DNA of 64,000 nt from an uncultured Clostridia bacterium (GCA_934757855.1 CAKVLR010000002.1:157825-221824), one strand, 5' to 3'. Shown: positions 1 to 9,887, numbered from the stretch's first letter. The notes: generated by a model not told the origin, from the letters alone. Numbers and translations: made by a program.

Positions 1-1013
1 ACCTTTATCATATCAGGGTAAATGGTGACATTTTTGATTATAGGAGTCAAATTTATATACACAAAACCTTGACTAATCGTACTCCAAACTGCTTTTAAAT
101 CTTTAAATCCTAGATTACTTGCAAAATTTTCTGCAATCGTACGACATTCATCTTCTGTTTTTGTCGCACTGCCTGCATCTACACTACCATTAAATTGCAA
201 CAAAATTCCATCGCGTTTGGTGACTTGCGCATAGTAATTTTGACCATTTTTTTCTAGTGAAAAATTAAATGTATCAAATTCGCCGTTTGTTTCGCCACTA
301 GCGGAAACTTGAAAATCAGGGAACCACTTTTTTACTCGATTGAGTGCTTCTTCACTGTTAATTTCATTTGTGCTTAGCCCTTTTATCTCCTTGTTTGTGA
401 CAGAATCACTGAACGGACCATCATAAATCAACTGCGGATACTCAACTATCTCATTTTTGAGCCCGCCAAATTCATTATTAAAATTACTATCGCCCTTGTT
501 TGGGTCTTTTACATTATCTACAATTTTATAGTCCCCAGACACAAGCACGGTGAGTCGGTTTAACTCGTATTTAATGTCCTGACTAGAAGCGTGTAGTGAT
601 GCAATTTGGTCCATATCATCAAGACTGATTTTTTTGCCACTCGCCAAATCTTGTTGCAAAACAAGGCAAAACCCGCTTAATTGATTGATAAAAGTAGTTG
701 TTTTGTTTATCGCGTTGTGTTCAATAGGAAGCGTTGCAATATTATTTTGCGCAGAGTTTGCAAGCGCTACCACATTTGCAAGATACCTTTCTTGCACTTT
801 TGCATCAGTGGCAACTTTCAATTTCGATAAATTTGACTCAATATTGTTGATATTATCGGTTAATTCGTAAAGATTCCGCTCATATACATATTCAAGTTGA
901 GTTTTGTATATACCCAAACTATTTGAAGTAAGCCCCCAACTCACACCTGTAAATGTTACCGCACCTACCGCCAGCACACACCCAACAATCGTGAGTGCTA
1001 TAGCCCATTTTTT
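1..1013 (-). CDS. ypeB: germination protein YpeB (partial; C-terminus lies beyond the window start)
   Basis: Absent from the ORF track because it runs off the edge. ATG at 1013-1011 (MKKWAIALTIVGCVLAVGAV anchor) and the frame stays open to nt 1. Translation contains YPQLIYDGPFSD and a PepSY-like C-terminal part. Lies directly downstream of sleB, as in the Bacillus sleB-ypeB operon. Confidence 0.75.
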
Positions 1014-1029
1014 CATAAATTTACCCCTT

Positions 1030-1701
1030 TTAAACTGCAAAATTATGCTTGCCGATTTTTACTACAATTTTTCTCGACCATATCCAACTACTGGTAGCAG
1101 TTGCTGGATTGTAGTAGTAAATTGCGCCATAAGTCGGGTCCCAACCATTCAAAGCATCGCGCGCCGCATTGTATGCAGACTGGTTTGGCTTTAAATTAAT
1201 TTGCCCATCATTGACCGCAGTAAATGCCCACGGCTGATAAATTACCCCGTACACAGTATTTGGAAATTTACTGCTTTTCACACGATTTAAAATTACTGCA
1301 CCGATTGCCACTTGCCCAACATACGGCTCACCTCTCGCCTCCGCGTGAATACATTTTGCAAGCAAATACAAATCATTACTACTTTGAGAACTAAGGCTCA
1401 TACCAAGTGCGCTTGCCGTCTTACTCCCAACAATTCCATCAGCAGTGAGTCCGTTATTTTTTTGAAATTTTTTCACTGCATTTTTAGTTTGAGTGCCATA
1501 AATTCCGTCAACTGAACCTTTGTAATAGCCCCAATTTTTGAGTTTTTGTTGCACGGTCTTTACTTGATTTGTAGTCAGTCCAGTCGCAACGACCTGCTCA
1601 GTTGTGTAAATATCAGCGTTGTAAATCCCAACATACCCCACACAAGCAATCGTAATAAAACACAAACAAAGCGCAAACATTTTGATAACTTTATTTTTCA
1701 T
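1030..1701 (-). CDS. sleB: spore cortex-lytic enzyme SleB (peptidoglycan-binding domain plus SleB/CwlJ hydrolase domain)
   Basis: N-terminal signal/anchor. PG-binding repeat (VKTVQQKLKNWGYYKGSVDGIYGTQTKNAVKKFQKNNGLTADGIVG). Hydrolase_2 core (LLAKCIHAEARGEPYVGQVAIGAVILNRV...FPNTVYGVIYQPWAFTAV). Confidence 0.85.
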   Translation of the reverse strand: MKNKVIKMFALCLCFITIACVGYVGIYNADIYTTEQVVATGLTTNQVKTVQQKLKNWGYYKGSVDGIYGTQTKNAVKKFQKNNGLTADGIVGSKTASALGMSLSSQSSNDLYLLAKCIHAEARGEPYVGQVAIGAVILNRVKSSKFPNTVYGVIYQPWAFTAVNDGQINLKPNQSAYNAARDALNGWDPTYGAIYYYNPATATSSWIWSRKIVVKIGKHNFAV

Positions 1702-2246
1702 TATTTTCCTCCAAAGAACGAATTAATTATTTCTTTCAATTTCGAACGATATACAATTTGACCCGAATTATCCTCACTGCCCACAAAACATAAGGGCGGA
1801 TATGCCACGCACCACCAGTTATTACCACTAGCACTACCTAATTCCAAAATCAAACTATCATATTCCCCACTTTCAAGTACGACATCATCATAGCACCTAG
1901 TAGGAAAATACTCGTTTCGCAAAATTGCCTTTGCGCCATAATTATAACCATTTTGTGTTAGCACTAAACCTGCAACTTGCGAAATTTCATCTAGATGATT
2001 AGATATAATTTCTATTGCCTTTGGCTTTGTGTCTGCCTCTGCTAAAAATGGTGTTAAATATTCCACTACCACATCTTTTACCTTGTACTTTATTGCTTGG
2101 TCATCAGCCGAATTACTATTCGCTCTTATATGTATTCTCAAAAAACTATCCGCGGTCAACTCAGTTTGGCTTGCATTACAATACCCAACTACACCGCCCA
2201 AAATTACCAAACAAAACGCAATCACAATACCTATTTTTCTCCACAT
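1701..2246 (-). CDS. spoIIR: stage II sporulation protein R
   Basis: N-terminal TM, then LRIHIRANSNSADDQAIKYKVKDVVVEYL and WWCVAYPPLCF, typical of SpoIIR. Its stop overlaps the sleB start by 1 nt (TAATG). Confidence 0.8.
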   Translation of the reverse strand: MWRKIGIVIAFCLVILGGVVGYCNASQTELTADSFLRIHIRANSNSADDQAIKYKVKDVVVEYLTPFLAEADTKPKAIEIISNHLDEISQVAGLVLTQNGYNYGAKAILRNEYFPTRCYDDVVLESGEYDSLILELGSASGNNWWCVAYPPLCFVGSEDNSGQIVYRSKLKEIINSFFGGK

Positions 2247-2305
2247 ATTCTCACCTCAGTGATAAATATTGACTGTTACAATTAATTTAAACCAAAAAAT
2301 ATGTA

Positions 2306-2342
2306 AAAATAAAAAACAAGCGAATTTTATTGATTTTCGCTC
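2306..2342 (-). terminator. rho-independent terminator after the DUF3794-like gene (T-runs on both sides)
   Basis: Stem AGCGAA (2319-2324) / TTCGCT (2336-2341) with an 11-nt loop. The minus strand then reads TTGTTTTTTATTTT. Confidence 0.6.
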
Positions 2343-2381
2343 ATTTTTTGCGTAAAAATATTGAATTTTTGCCGTTTTTAT

Positions 2382-2417
2382 ATACTATGCATAGTACTAT
2401 GCACGGTACTATGCAAT
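2382..2417. repeat. three tandem 12-nt units ATACTATGCATA / GTACTATGCACG / GTACTATGCAAT
   Basis: Read directly. Contains the perfect 14-bp palindrome TACTATGCATAGTA. The last unit plus flanks (GGTACTATGCAATG) recurs at 49387-49400. Confidence 0.8.
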
Positions 2418-2431
2418 GCTTTTGAGATAAA

Positions 2432-3964
2432 TTACAACTGCTTTTCACGATAAACTATTATGCGTTGTGGAGTCGTAAAAGGAAATTGCAAATCTGGATT
2501 TTGTTGCATAATCAAATCGCCCGACACAACCAAAGCCTTTGACACTTCCCACAGATCTTTCGCCTCTGGTACAATATAAAGTCCCATTGCGCCAGTATTT
2601 ACTGTGCGCTTTTCGCCCAAAGTCACATTTTGCAAACTAGCCTCAGTGACATTTTCAAGCACTACCATTTCGATTGCCAACTCAGCCAAAATATCTATTT
2701 CTTTTGATTTTTTATTGCGTGCTTCAATGTCTTTTGACACAATATTTATATGATATGAGTTATTTTCATTTAAATTGTCTTTTTTAAGCGCAATGTTAAA
2801 TGGTACTTCCGCAAATACTGATTGCGTGGTCGCATTTTCATCATCAAGCACATAGATTACATTACAGTTTAACACACCTGCAATATTTAATTGGCTATCT
2901 ACTACTTCTGTTGATTTTACGACCACATTACCTGAACAAACCGCAAGTACTTTGTCAATTCGCGGAGAATCTTCACCCAGTACTATGCTACCATCAATTT
3001 TTTCAAAAGTTAACTCACTCGCGCCTAGCGTTTGAGAAACGAAACTAGAATATTCATTATTTAGTAAATAATGCGGACAAAATGCATCGACTACCGCCTC
3101 ACAAGTCTTAGTTTGTCGCACAAAAATGTTTGTTTTTACTATATTTTTAAGCAAAATTGTACCTTTTGCGCTATTTAACTCGCCTTGCAACTCGTATTGA
3201 GTATTCGAACTTTGTGCAGTCGCTGACACTATATCCTGAGTCGTAATATTTGTTGCACGCAATTCGTGATTAAATTCTTGCGTGTATTTTTGGCTTTTAA
3301 GTTTTGGTTGCTCATCGTTGGTAAGGTAAATTAAATTTGTATAAGCCTCCCCTTTTAGAGCGACTACATCGTTTCCAGCCTCCGCTTTTGATAGAGCCAC
3401 TTTGCTTTCAACAGACAAAATTTTACTTACCGAGGTTGGCAAATCTAACTCCAAATTTAATTCAAAATCTTGCGCAGACCCAGCAACCACTGTGGTATAA
3501 TTTATCAAATCTTTTTTGACTTGTGCAATCGGCAGTTCTTCGATATACTTCACTTTTTCAGTAGCAAGGGTTATAGGACTTACCGAAACATTACAAGTAA
3601 AAGTGACTGCTTGCTCCGAGGCTTGCACGCTGTTCACTCCCAAAAGTTGAGCAGTCGCAAACATTTCACTATTCTGCGTAATCTCACTATTCATAATGTG
3701 AGCGGTAAAGCCATTTGTTCCTTCCAAACAAGAAAAACCGCCCTCAACATTTTCAACTAGCACTTTTACGCATAGTTTGCCATCAATTTGCACACTACCA
3801 GCACTAGGTGTTACATTTTCTACATACGGATTAGCACTCACTGATACCACTCGTGAGATAGCGCCTTCGCTTGCCGATAATGTCATCACAACTGGCACAC
3901 CCTCTCCCGTTTGCTGTTTTGTGTATTTTATCTCTAGTTCTGCGCTTTTTGGTTCAAATGCCAT
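2432..3964 (-). CDS. DUF3794-like repeat protein (SipL/SpoVID-type spore-morphogenesis family suspected)
   Basis: 510 aa with no TM. Recurring beta-rich modules of the type IDGKLCVKVLVEN, VALKGEAYTNLIYL, IAGVLNCNVIYVL and ILAELAIEMVVLE resemble DUF3794 repeats. Sporulation-gene neighbourhood. Confidence 0.45.
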   Translation of the reverse strand: MAFEPKSAELEIKYTKQQTGEGVPVVMTLSASEGAISRVVSVSANPYVENVTPSAGSVQIDGKLCVKVLVENVEGGFSCLEGTNGFTAHIMNSEITQNSEMFATAQLLGVNSVQASEQAVTFTCNVSVSPITLATEKVKYIEELPIAQVKKDLINYTTVVAGSAQDFELNLELDLPTSVSKILSVESKVALSKAEAGNDVVALKGEAYTNLIYLTNDEQPKLKSQKYTQEFNHELRATNITTQDIVSATAQSSNTQYELQGELNSAKGTILLKNIVKTNIFVRQTKTCEAVVDAFCPHYLLNNEYSSFVSQTLGASELTFEKIDGSIVLGEDSPRIDKVLAVCSGNVVVKSTEVVDSQLNIAGVLNCNVIYVLDDENATTQSVFAEVPFNIALKKDNLNENNSYHINIVSKDIEARNKKSKEIDILAELAIEMVVLENVTEASLQNVTLGEKRTVNTGAMGLYIVPEAKDLWEVSKALVVSGDLIMQQNPDLQFPFTTPQRIIVYREKQL

Positions 3965-4025
3965 TTCGCCCTCCTAAAATTTATTAGTAATATTCTATTT
4001 TAGGAAAACAAAAAATATGCAAAGT

Positions 4026-4268
4026 TTACTCTTTTACTTCGATTTTTACATCACCGCACAACACATCACTATAACTATAACTCAATTTTTCCGTAGTCGT
4101 TGCATTTTTAAGTCTAACCACAAACACGCTATGATAAATATCTTCTAGCACTCCTTCGTAATGTGTGATTTTCTTTCTACCTTTGTTGACTTCCATTTCA
4201 ATATATTTACCTTTTAATTTCAAAATTTCAGTCTTGACCTTGTTTAGGTCCATTGTTGGTTTACGCAT
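4026..4268 (-). CDS. veg: Veg (DUF1021) small DNA-associated protein
   Basis: Start moved to the ATG at 4268 (RBS GGAGAGGTG). KGRKKITHYEGVLEDIYHSVFVV...KLSYSYSDVL matches the Veg pattern (GGRRK...G.L...YPSVFV...SYSYADIL). Confidence 0.8.
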   Translation of the reverse strand: MRKPTMDLNKVKTEILKLKGKYIEMEVNKGRKKITHYEGVLEDIYHSVFVVRLKNATTTEKLSYSYSDVLCGDVKIEVKE

Positions 4269-4343
4269 AACACCTCTCCTCTGCATAAATGCTACGCATC
4301 TTGCCCTGTTTTTAATCAAATTGATAAAAAGTTGTGAAAATTA

Positions 4344-4383
4344 AACAAAAAAACGCTATTTTTGTTAATTTTTTAGCGTTTTT
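4344..4383 (-). terminator. rho-independent terminator after tkt
   Basis: Stem AAACGCTA (4351-4358) / TAGCGTTT (4374-4381), followed by a T-run on the minus strand. Confidence 0.65.
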
Positions 4384-4425
4384 CTATGCTTTTTTGTTAT
4401 TTCATTAAAATTTAATATTAAAATA

Positions 4426-6405
4426 CTATATAATTGAGTCAATTTTTGTTTTATTTTTGTCAATCAATTTGTCCATAAGTTTCACAATATTTGGCAAGGT
4501 AAAACCAAATTTGCGATACAAGTCAACAGGTTTTCCGCTTTCTCCGAATGAATCTATGCCCAACACAAAACCATCAAATCCAGCCACTTTGTACCACCCA
4601 GCAGTTACGCCCGCCTCAACAACCAACCTACAAGTCATACGGCTAGGCAACACTTTTTCACGATATTTTTTCTCTTGCGCAAAGAATCTTTCACGGTTTG
4701 GCATACTCACAACTCTAATTGATAAATCATCTTTTTCGATTGCCTTTTGCGCTTGAATAGCAAGTTCCACCTCGCTACCAGTAGCAACTATAATGCCGTT
4801 TAACTCTTTTTTGTTTTTCTCTGGACTAACGATATAACCACCAAAAGTAGTGCTATCAATACTTGAATTTTCCAACTGAGGTAATTTTTGCCTAGATAAA
4901 ATTATCACAGTTGTGCCTTCGTTTTGCAATGCGAATTGATACGAAGCGATTACCTCATTTGCATCTGCTGGTCTAAAAACTTGAAGATTTGGTATCAGCC
5001 TTAGACTTTCTATTTGCTCGATAGGCTGGTGAGTCGTTCCGTCCTCGCCTACCGCAATACTATCGTGAGTAAAGATAAAAATATTTTTCAAGTTCATCAT
5101 CGCGCTCATTCTAATACTATAACGCATATAGTCGGAAAATACTGTAAAGGTAGAGCAAAACGGCAACAACCCTCCGTGCAACGCAAGCCCATTTGAGATG
5201 CCCGCCATTGCGTGTTCGCGCACACCGTAAGCAATATTTCTTCCATTCAAATTTTCACTACCAAAATATCCACTATCTTCAATGTACGCAAGAGTGCTTT
5301 TCGACAAATCAGCGCTACCACCCACCAGCGCAGGTAAATTTTTTGCAATTTGATTTAGTACTTTATGCCCTATTTCACGAGTAGATAATTCACCCTTAAA
5401 GTCCATTTTGCCTATTTTGGAAACAGCCTTTTTAGTGTCAAAATGTATTTCTTTCCATTCTAGCCCAAATTTTGATTTATACTTGCTACTTAATTTCTGC
5501 CAAGCATAATAATGATTTAATTTATTATTTATCAATGTTTGACAATGCTCATAGACATCATTATCAACCGCAAATGGTTCGGTATTCAGCCCTAAATCTG
5601 CTACAACCTTGTTTGCACTGTCATTATCGAAAGGATTTGAGTGGCATTTTTCACTATCCGCAAAAGGACTACCAAAACCAATCACCGTATTACATATAAT
5701 CAAGTTTGGTTTGTCACTTTGTTTGGCTTGCTGAATTGCTTTTAAAATTTCTACATAGTCGTTTCCATTTTCCACCACAATAACATTAAATCCAGCCGAT
5801 TGAAAACGCAAAACCATATCTTCTATCACCGCGTTACTTGTTTTTCCATCAAGCGAAATGCGGTTGCTATCATACAACACAATCAATTTATTTAGACTAT
5901 TTTTTCCCGCAAAACTAGCACTCTCGTAAGAAATTCCCTCCATTAAGTCGCCATCACCCACGATTACATAAGTGTAGTGGTCGATTAGTGGAAATTTCGG
6001 CTTGTTGTATTTTTGGAGCATTTTTTCAGCCAACGCAAGCCCAACCGCATTGCTAAAACCTTGCCCCAACGCCCCAGTAGAAGCATCTACACCCGCAGTC
6101 GAAATTTCAGGGTGACCAGTTGTCTTGCTACCGATTTGCCTAAAATCGCGCAAATCATCAATTTCTAAAAAGCCAAACAAGTGCATTGCGCTATACAAAA
6201 GAGCACTACCGTGTCCCGCACTCAACACAATTCGGTCACGGTTGAACCAGTGTGGGTCGGCTGGATTTATATTTGCACTCGCATAAACCGCATACATAAT
6301 AGGCGCGCACCCCAAAACTATGCCCGTATGCCCTGATTTCGCTTGCAATACTTGATTTAACCCTAATTTTCGCATTGTATTGATAGTTTTTTGTTGAATA
6401 TCCAT
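4426..6405 (-). CDS. tkt: transketolase
   Basis: 659 aa. ThDP motif GDGDLMEGISYE, an N-terminal SGHTG and HPE...G motifs, full length. Confidence 0.95.
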   Translation of the reverse strand: MDIQQKTINTMRKLGLNQVLQAKSGHTGIVLGCAPIMYAVYASANINPADPHWFNRDRIVLSAGHGSALLYSAMHLFGFLEIDDLRDFRQIGSKTTGHPEISTAGVDASTGALGQGFSNAVGLALAEKMLQKYNKPKFPLIDHYTYVIVGDGDLMEGISYESASFAGKNSLNKLIVLYDSNRISLDGKTSNAVIEDMVLRFQSAGFNVIVVENGNDYVEILKAIQQAKQSDKPNLIICNTVIGFGSPFADSEKCHSNPFDNDSANKVVADLGLNTEPFAVDNDVYEHCQTLINNKLNHYYAWQKLSSKYKSKFGLEWKEIHFDTKKAVSKIGKMDFKGELSTREIGHKVLNQIAKNLPALVGGSADLSKSTLAYIEDSGYFGSENLNGRNIAYGVREHAMAGISNGLALHGGLLPFCSTFTVFSDYMRYSIRMSAMMNLKNIFIFTHDSIAVGEDGTTHQPIEQIESLRLIPNLQVFRPADANEVIASYQFALQNEGTTVIILSRQKLPQLENSSIDSTTFGGYIVSPEKNKKELNGIIVATGSEVELAIQAQKAIEKDDLSIRVVSMPNRERFFAQEKKYREKVLPSRMTCRLVVEAGVTAGWYKVAGFDGFVLGIDSFGESGKPVDLYRKFGFTLPNIVKLMDKLIDKNKTKIDSII

Positions 6406-6440
6406 ATTTTCCCCCCATTTTTACGCAAAAAAAGACACTT

Positions 6441-6980
6441 TTAATCGGCGTGTCTTTTCTCTTTTGCTAATTTTTTAAAAAATTTATTAATACTTTTTAG
6501 CAGTTTTTTCACTGTTTTTTGCTCTTTGAAAGTGCTACAATTTAGCACAATATCACTATTTTGCACATAATTTTTATCACGGTCAGTAAAAGCAATATTT
6601 GCTAATTCCTCATCAACATAATCGCCTGAATACTTGCAACGCTGTTCAAAATATTTTGGTGAAATTTGCAAATAAACCACATAACAAGACTTGATAATTT
6701 GCTCAAAATTATCATTAGAAAACATAGTAGTAGGATTTATACAAACGATTGTGTTTTCAAAACTAGTAACATTTTTTACAACTCGCGCCTCGCAATCTTC
6801 GATATACTTTTTTCCCTCTTGCTCTCCCAAAGTTTTGAGTATGTGTTGCTGGTCGCCCAACTCAAATTGTACCATTTCTTCCACATCTACATAAAACATT
6901 TCCAATCTTTCGCTCAAAAGTTTAGAAACATTTTTTGAGTAGTTGTCAAGCAAGCAAATCAGTGCGATATTTGTTTTCAT
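6441..6980 (-). CDS. shikimate-kinase-like protein with a degenerate P-loop
   Basis: Start moved to 6980 (RBS GGCGGAG). Collinear with the AroK layout (NIALI....SK.VSKLLSERL...YVD.D......G.....I....GE..FR..E..V.......N.V...G......N.......VVYL..SP...). The position of Walker A GxxGxGKS reads CLLDNYSKN. Confidence 0.4.
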   Translation of the reverse strand: MKTNIALICLLDNYSKNVSKLLSERLEMFYVDVEEMVQFELGDQQHILKTLGEQEGKKYIEDCEARVVKNVTSFENTIVCINPTTMFSNDNFEQIIKSCYVVYLQISPKYFEQRCKYSGDYVDEELANIAFTDRDKNYVQNSDIVLNCSTFKEQKTVKKLLKSINKFFKKLAKEKRHAD

Positions 6981-7058
6981 TAATATTCTCCGCCTTTCAA
7001 GTTTTATTATACAAGATTTTGGAGAATATAGCAATTAAATTTTATCAATTCGCTAAAA

Positions 7059-7721
7059 TTATCGTAAAAATGTAGGCACAAATTCATTTGCGATTTGCAC
7101 AAAATGTGCTAAGGTTTCTATTTTGTGAGGTTCGGGCGCATTATGTAAAAAATCAGGCTTGCGATAAGGTTGTAAAATATATTTTTCTGCCCCAGCAATT
7201 CGTTTTGCCATTGATGCAATATCGTTTTCAGTCAAATCTGGGGTAACCGTTGTGCGAAATTCGTACTCGACTTTATTTTGTAACAAAATATCAATACTTT
7301 TTTCCACTTCATCAAATTTATGCTTGCATAGTGCAATTTGCTCCAACTTTTCATTTGGTGCTTTTATGTCCATAGCGACATAGTCAACCAATTTCTGTTC
7401 AATCAATTTTGCCAGCATTTCACTATTTGTGCCGTTTGTATCAAGTTTGACATCAAAGCCCATTTTTTTGATTTTACGAATAGTTTGTGGCAAATCTGCG
7501 TGAATTGTAGGCTCGCCCCCGCAAATCACCACACCATCAATCCAGCCAATTCTATTTGCTAAGTAATCAAATAATTCTTGACTTTTGTCCTCTGTTTCGC
7601 ATAAAAGTTGTGAATTTTGACAGTACCAGCATTTCCAATTACAGCCATTAGTAAAAGCCACGCAGGCTATCCTGCGCGGAAAATCAATCATAGAATTTTT
7701 GATAATTTTACTAATTTTCAT
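7059..7721 (-). CDS. nrdG: anaerobic ribonucleoside-triphosphate reductase activating protein (radical SAM)
   Basis: CNWKCWYCQN radical-SAM cluster motif. Immediately downstream of nrdD. Confidence 0.9.
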   Translation of the reverse strand: MKISKIIKNSMIDFPRRIACVAFTNGCNWKCWYCQNSQLLCETEDKSQELFDYLANRIGWIDGVVICGGEPTIHADLPQTIRKIKKMGFDVKLDTNGTNSEMLAKLIEQKLVDYVAMDIKAPNEKLEQIALCKHKFDEVEKSIDILLQNKVEYEFRTTVTPDLTENDIASMAKRIAGAEKYILQPYRKPDFLHNAPEPHKIETLAHFVQIANEFVPTFLR

Positions 7722-7733
7722 TGCTTTTACCTA

Positions 7734-9887
7734 TTACATTGAAGCAGAACTAAGACCTTTTTGCTCCTTTTGCAACTGCTCCAATTCATCTTCGCTCAAA
7801 AGTTGTTCTGACTTAATGACAAACTTTTTACGCTCAAAATATTCTTCTTGCTTAGACTTGTTAAAGTCTTTTACACAACGGAAGTAACCAACGACTCTTG
7901 ACCAAACTTCAGCATCTTTGCCACAGTGAGGACATTTAAAGTGTTCGCCCGCGATGTAGCCGTGTTCTGGGCAAATACTAAATGTAGGAGTGATACTTAT
8001 GTAAGGCATTTGATTGTTTTGGAAAATTTTACGAATTAAAGACTTGCAAGTTTCCCTATCGGTAATTCGCTCACCCAAATACAAGTGCAACACCGTACCG
8101 CCCGTGTACATTGATTGCAAATCATCTTGCAAGCGCACAACCTCAAAAATATCATCGGTGTAACCTACTGGAATTTGAGTTGAGTTTGTGTAATATGGCT
8201 CTTTACCACCAGCGGTAATAATATCAGGAAATCTTGCTTTGTCTAACCTAGCAAGGCGCGCAGACACACCTTCGGCTGGAGTTGCCTCTAAATTGTACTG
8301 GTTGCCTGTTTCCTCTTGATATTCTACCATTTTCTTACGCAAAAGTTGCATAACTTCTTTTGCAAATTCTTGACCTTCTTCGGTTGTAATATCTTTGCCC
8401 ATAAGATTTAGCAAAGCCTCATTCATACCATTTACACCGATTGTGGCAAAGTGGTTTGCCCAATATTGCCCGCTACGCTCTTTTACTGGACGCAAATAGA
8501 ATGCAGAATAAGGATACAAGCCGTTGTCTGTTTGTTTTTCAATCATTTTACGCTTAATTTCAAGGCTAACTTTTGCTAAATTTGCCATTTTTTCTACGCG
8601 CTGTAAAAATTCTTCCTTAGTTTTAGATAAATAACCGATACGAGGCAAATTGATAGTTACTACACCGATTGAACCAGTAAGAGGGTTTGAACCAAACAAC
8701 CCACCACCACGCTTACGCAGTTCGCTCAAATCAAGCCTCAATCTACAACACATTGAAAGCGCATCTTCTGGGCTAAGTGTTGAGTTTATGTAATTTGCAA
8801 AATAAGGAATACCGTATTTGCAAGTCATATCCATAATAGCGTTTACTACTGGACTGTCCCAGTCAAGGTCTTTTGTGATATTGATTGTAGGAATAGGGAA
8901 AGTAAATATTCTTCCGCTTGCATCACCTTGCATCATCACTTCGCACAAAGCAAGGTTAAACATATCCATTTCTTTTTGGTATTCGCCGTATGTATGGTCT
9001 TGTGGCACGCCACCGATAATTACTGGGCGGTCCTTTAATAATGGGTGAACTTTTATGTCGAGTGTAATGTTACTAAACGGACATTGAAAGCCTACACGAG
9101 TAGCAACATTCATATTGAATACCCACCCTTGCAAAATTTGCTTTACTTCATCATAACTAAGGTTGTCATAAGCGATAAATGGAGCGCAATATGTATCAAA
9201 ACTACTCCACGCTTGCGCGCCCGCACTCTCCCCTTGCAAGGTAAATGTTGCGTTTGTGATTTGCCCCAAGAAACTACGCAAGTGCTTTGGAGGACTAGAA
9301 GAAATCTTACCTGGTACGCCTGTAAAGCCCAATGTCAAAATTTGTGCCAAGTCCCAGCCTACACAATAACTACCAAAAAAGCCCAAGTCGTGCAAGTGAA
9401 TATCACCACTAAGGTGAGCTTCGCGCACATCAACTGGATAAACTTCATTTAACCAGTAGTTTTTGGTAAATTCTTCACGCACATAGTTGTTTAGACCAGC
9501 AACAGAGCGTTGCATATTTGCATTTTCTTTTGTGGACCAATCTGTATCATCTATGTATTTGTCAAAAAGGTCAATAGTTGCCCCTATCAATGCATTTTTT
9601 TCGCGTGCAGTTTTACGCTTTTCTCTATATAAAATATATGCTTTGGCGGTTTGTGAATGGCGGTTATCAATCAAAGTGTATTCTACCGCATCTTGAATTT
9701 GCTCAACAGTCGGCACACGGTCGCCCACTCTTTTTTCCAGCAAATCAACCACTTTTTGCGCTAGCGACATAGCCGTGTCATAGTCACTTCCGTTACAAGC
9801 AACCGCTGCTTTGTAGATTGCATCTGCTATCTTCTTTATATCAAAATCTTGATATGTTCCATCTCTTTTCAATACTTGCCCACTCAT
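7734..9887 (-). CDS. nrdD: anaerobic ribonucleoside-triphosphate reductase (class III)
   Basis: 717 aa with an ATP-cone-like N-terminus. C-terminal Zn ribbon CPEHG...CPHCG followed by the glycyl-radical motif RVVGYFR. Confidence 0.95.
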   Translation of the reverse strand: MSGQVLKRDGTYQDFDIKKIADAIYKAAVACNGSDYDTAMSLAQKVVDLLEKRVGDRVPTVEQIQDAVEYTLIDNRHSQTAKAYILYREKRKTAREKNALIGATIDLFDKYIDDTDWSTKENANMQRSVAGLNNYVREEFTKNYWLNEVYPVDVREAHLSGDIHLHDLGFFGSYCVGWDLAQILTLGFTGVPGKISSSPPKHLRSFLGQITNATFTLQGESAGAQAWSSFDTYCAPFIAYDNLSYDEVKQILQGWVFNMNVATRVGFQCPFSNITLDIKVHPLLKDRPVIIGGVPQDHTYGEYQKEMDMFNLALCEVMMQGDASGRIFTFPIPTINITKDLDWDSPVVNAIMDMTCKYGIPYFANYINSTLSPEDALSMCCRLRLDLSELRKRGGGLFGSNPLTGSIGVVTINLPRIGYLSKTKEEFLQRVEKMANLAKVSLEIKRKMIEKQTDNGLYPYSAFYLRPVKERSGQYWANHFATIGVNGMNEALLNLMGKDITTEEGQEFAKEVMQLLRKKMVEYQEETGNQYNLEATPAEGVSARLARLDKARFPDIITAGGKEPYYTNSTQIPVGYTDDIFEVVRLQDDLQSMYTGGTVLHLYLGERITDRETCKSLIRKIFQNNQMPYISITPTFSICPEHGYIAGEHFKCPHCGKDAEVWSRVVGYFRCVKDFNKSKQEEYFERKKFVIKSEQLLSEDELEQLQKEQKGLSSASM

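Noticed and set aside
2382-2417. Reading the GCATA / CATAGTA units as a sigma-F or sigma-G promoter for spoIIR
   Set aside because: The units are 12 nt apart, leaving 7-8 nt or about 20 nt between candidate -35 and -10 hexamers instead of about 15-18 nt. A terminator also lies between the repeats and spoIIR. I keep it only as a repeat or operator candidate.
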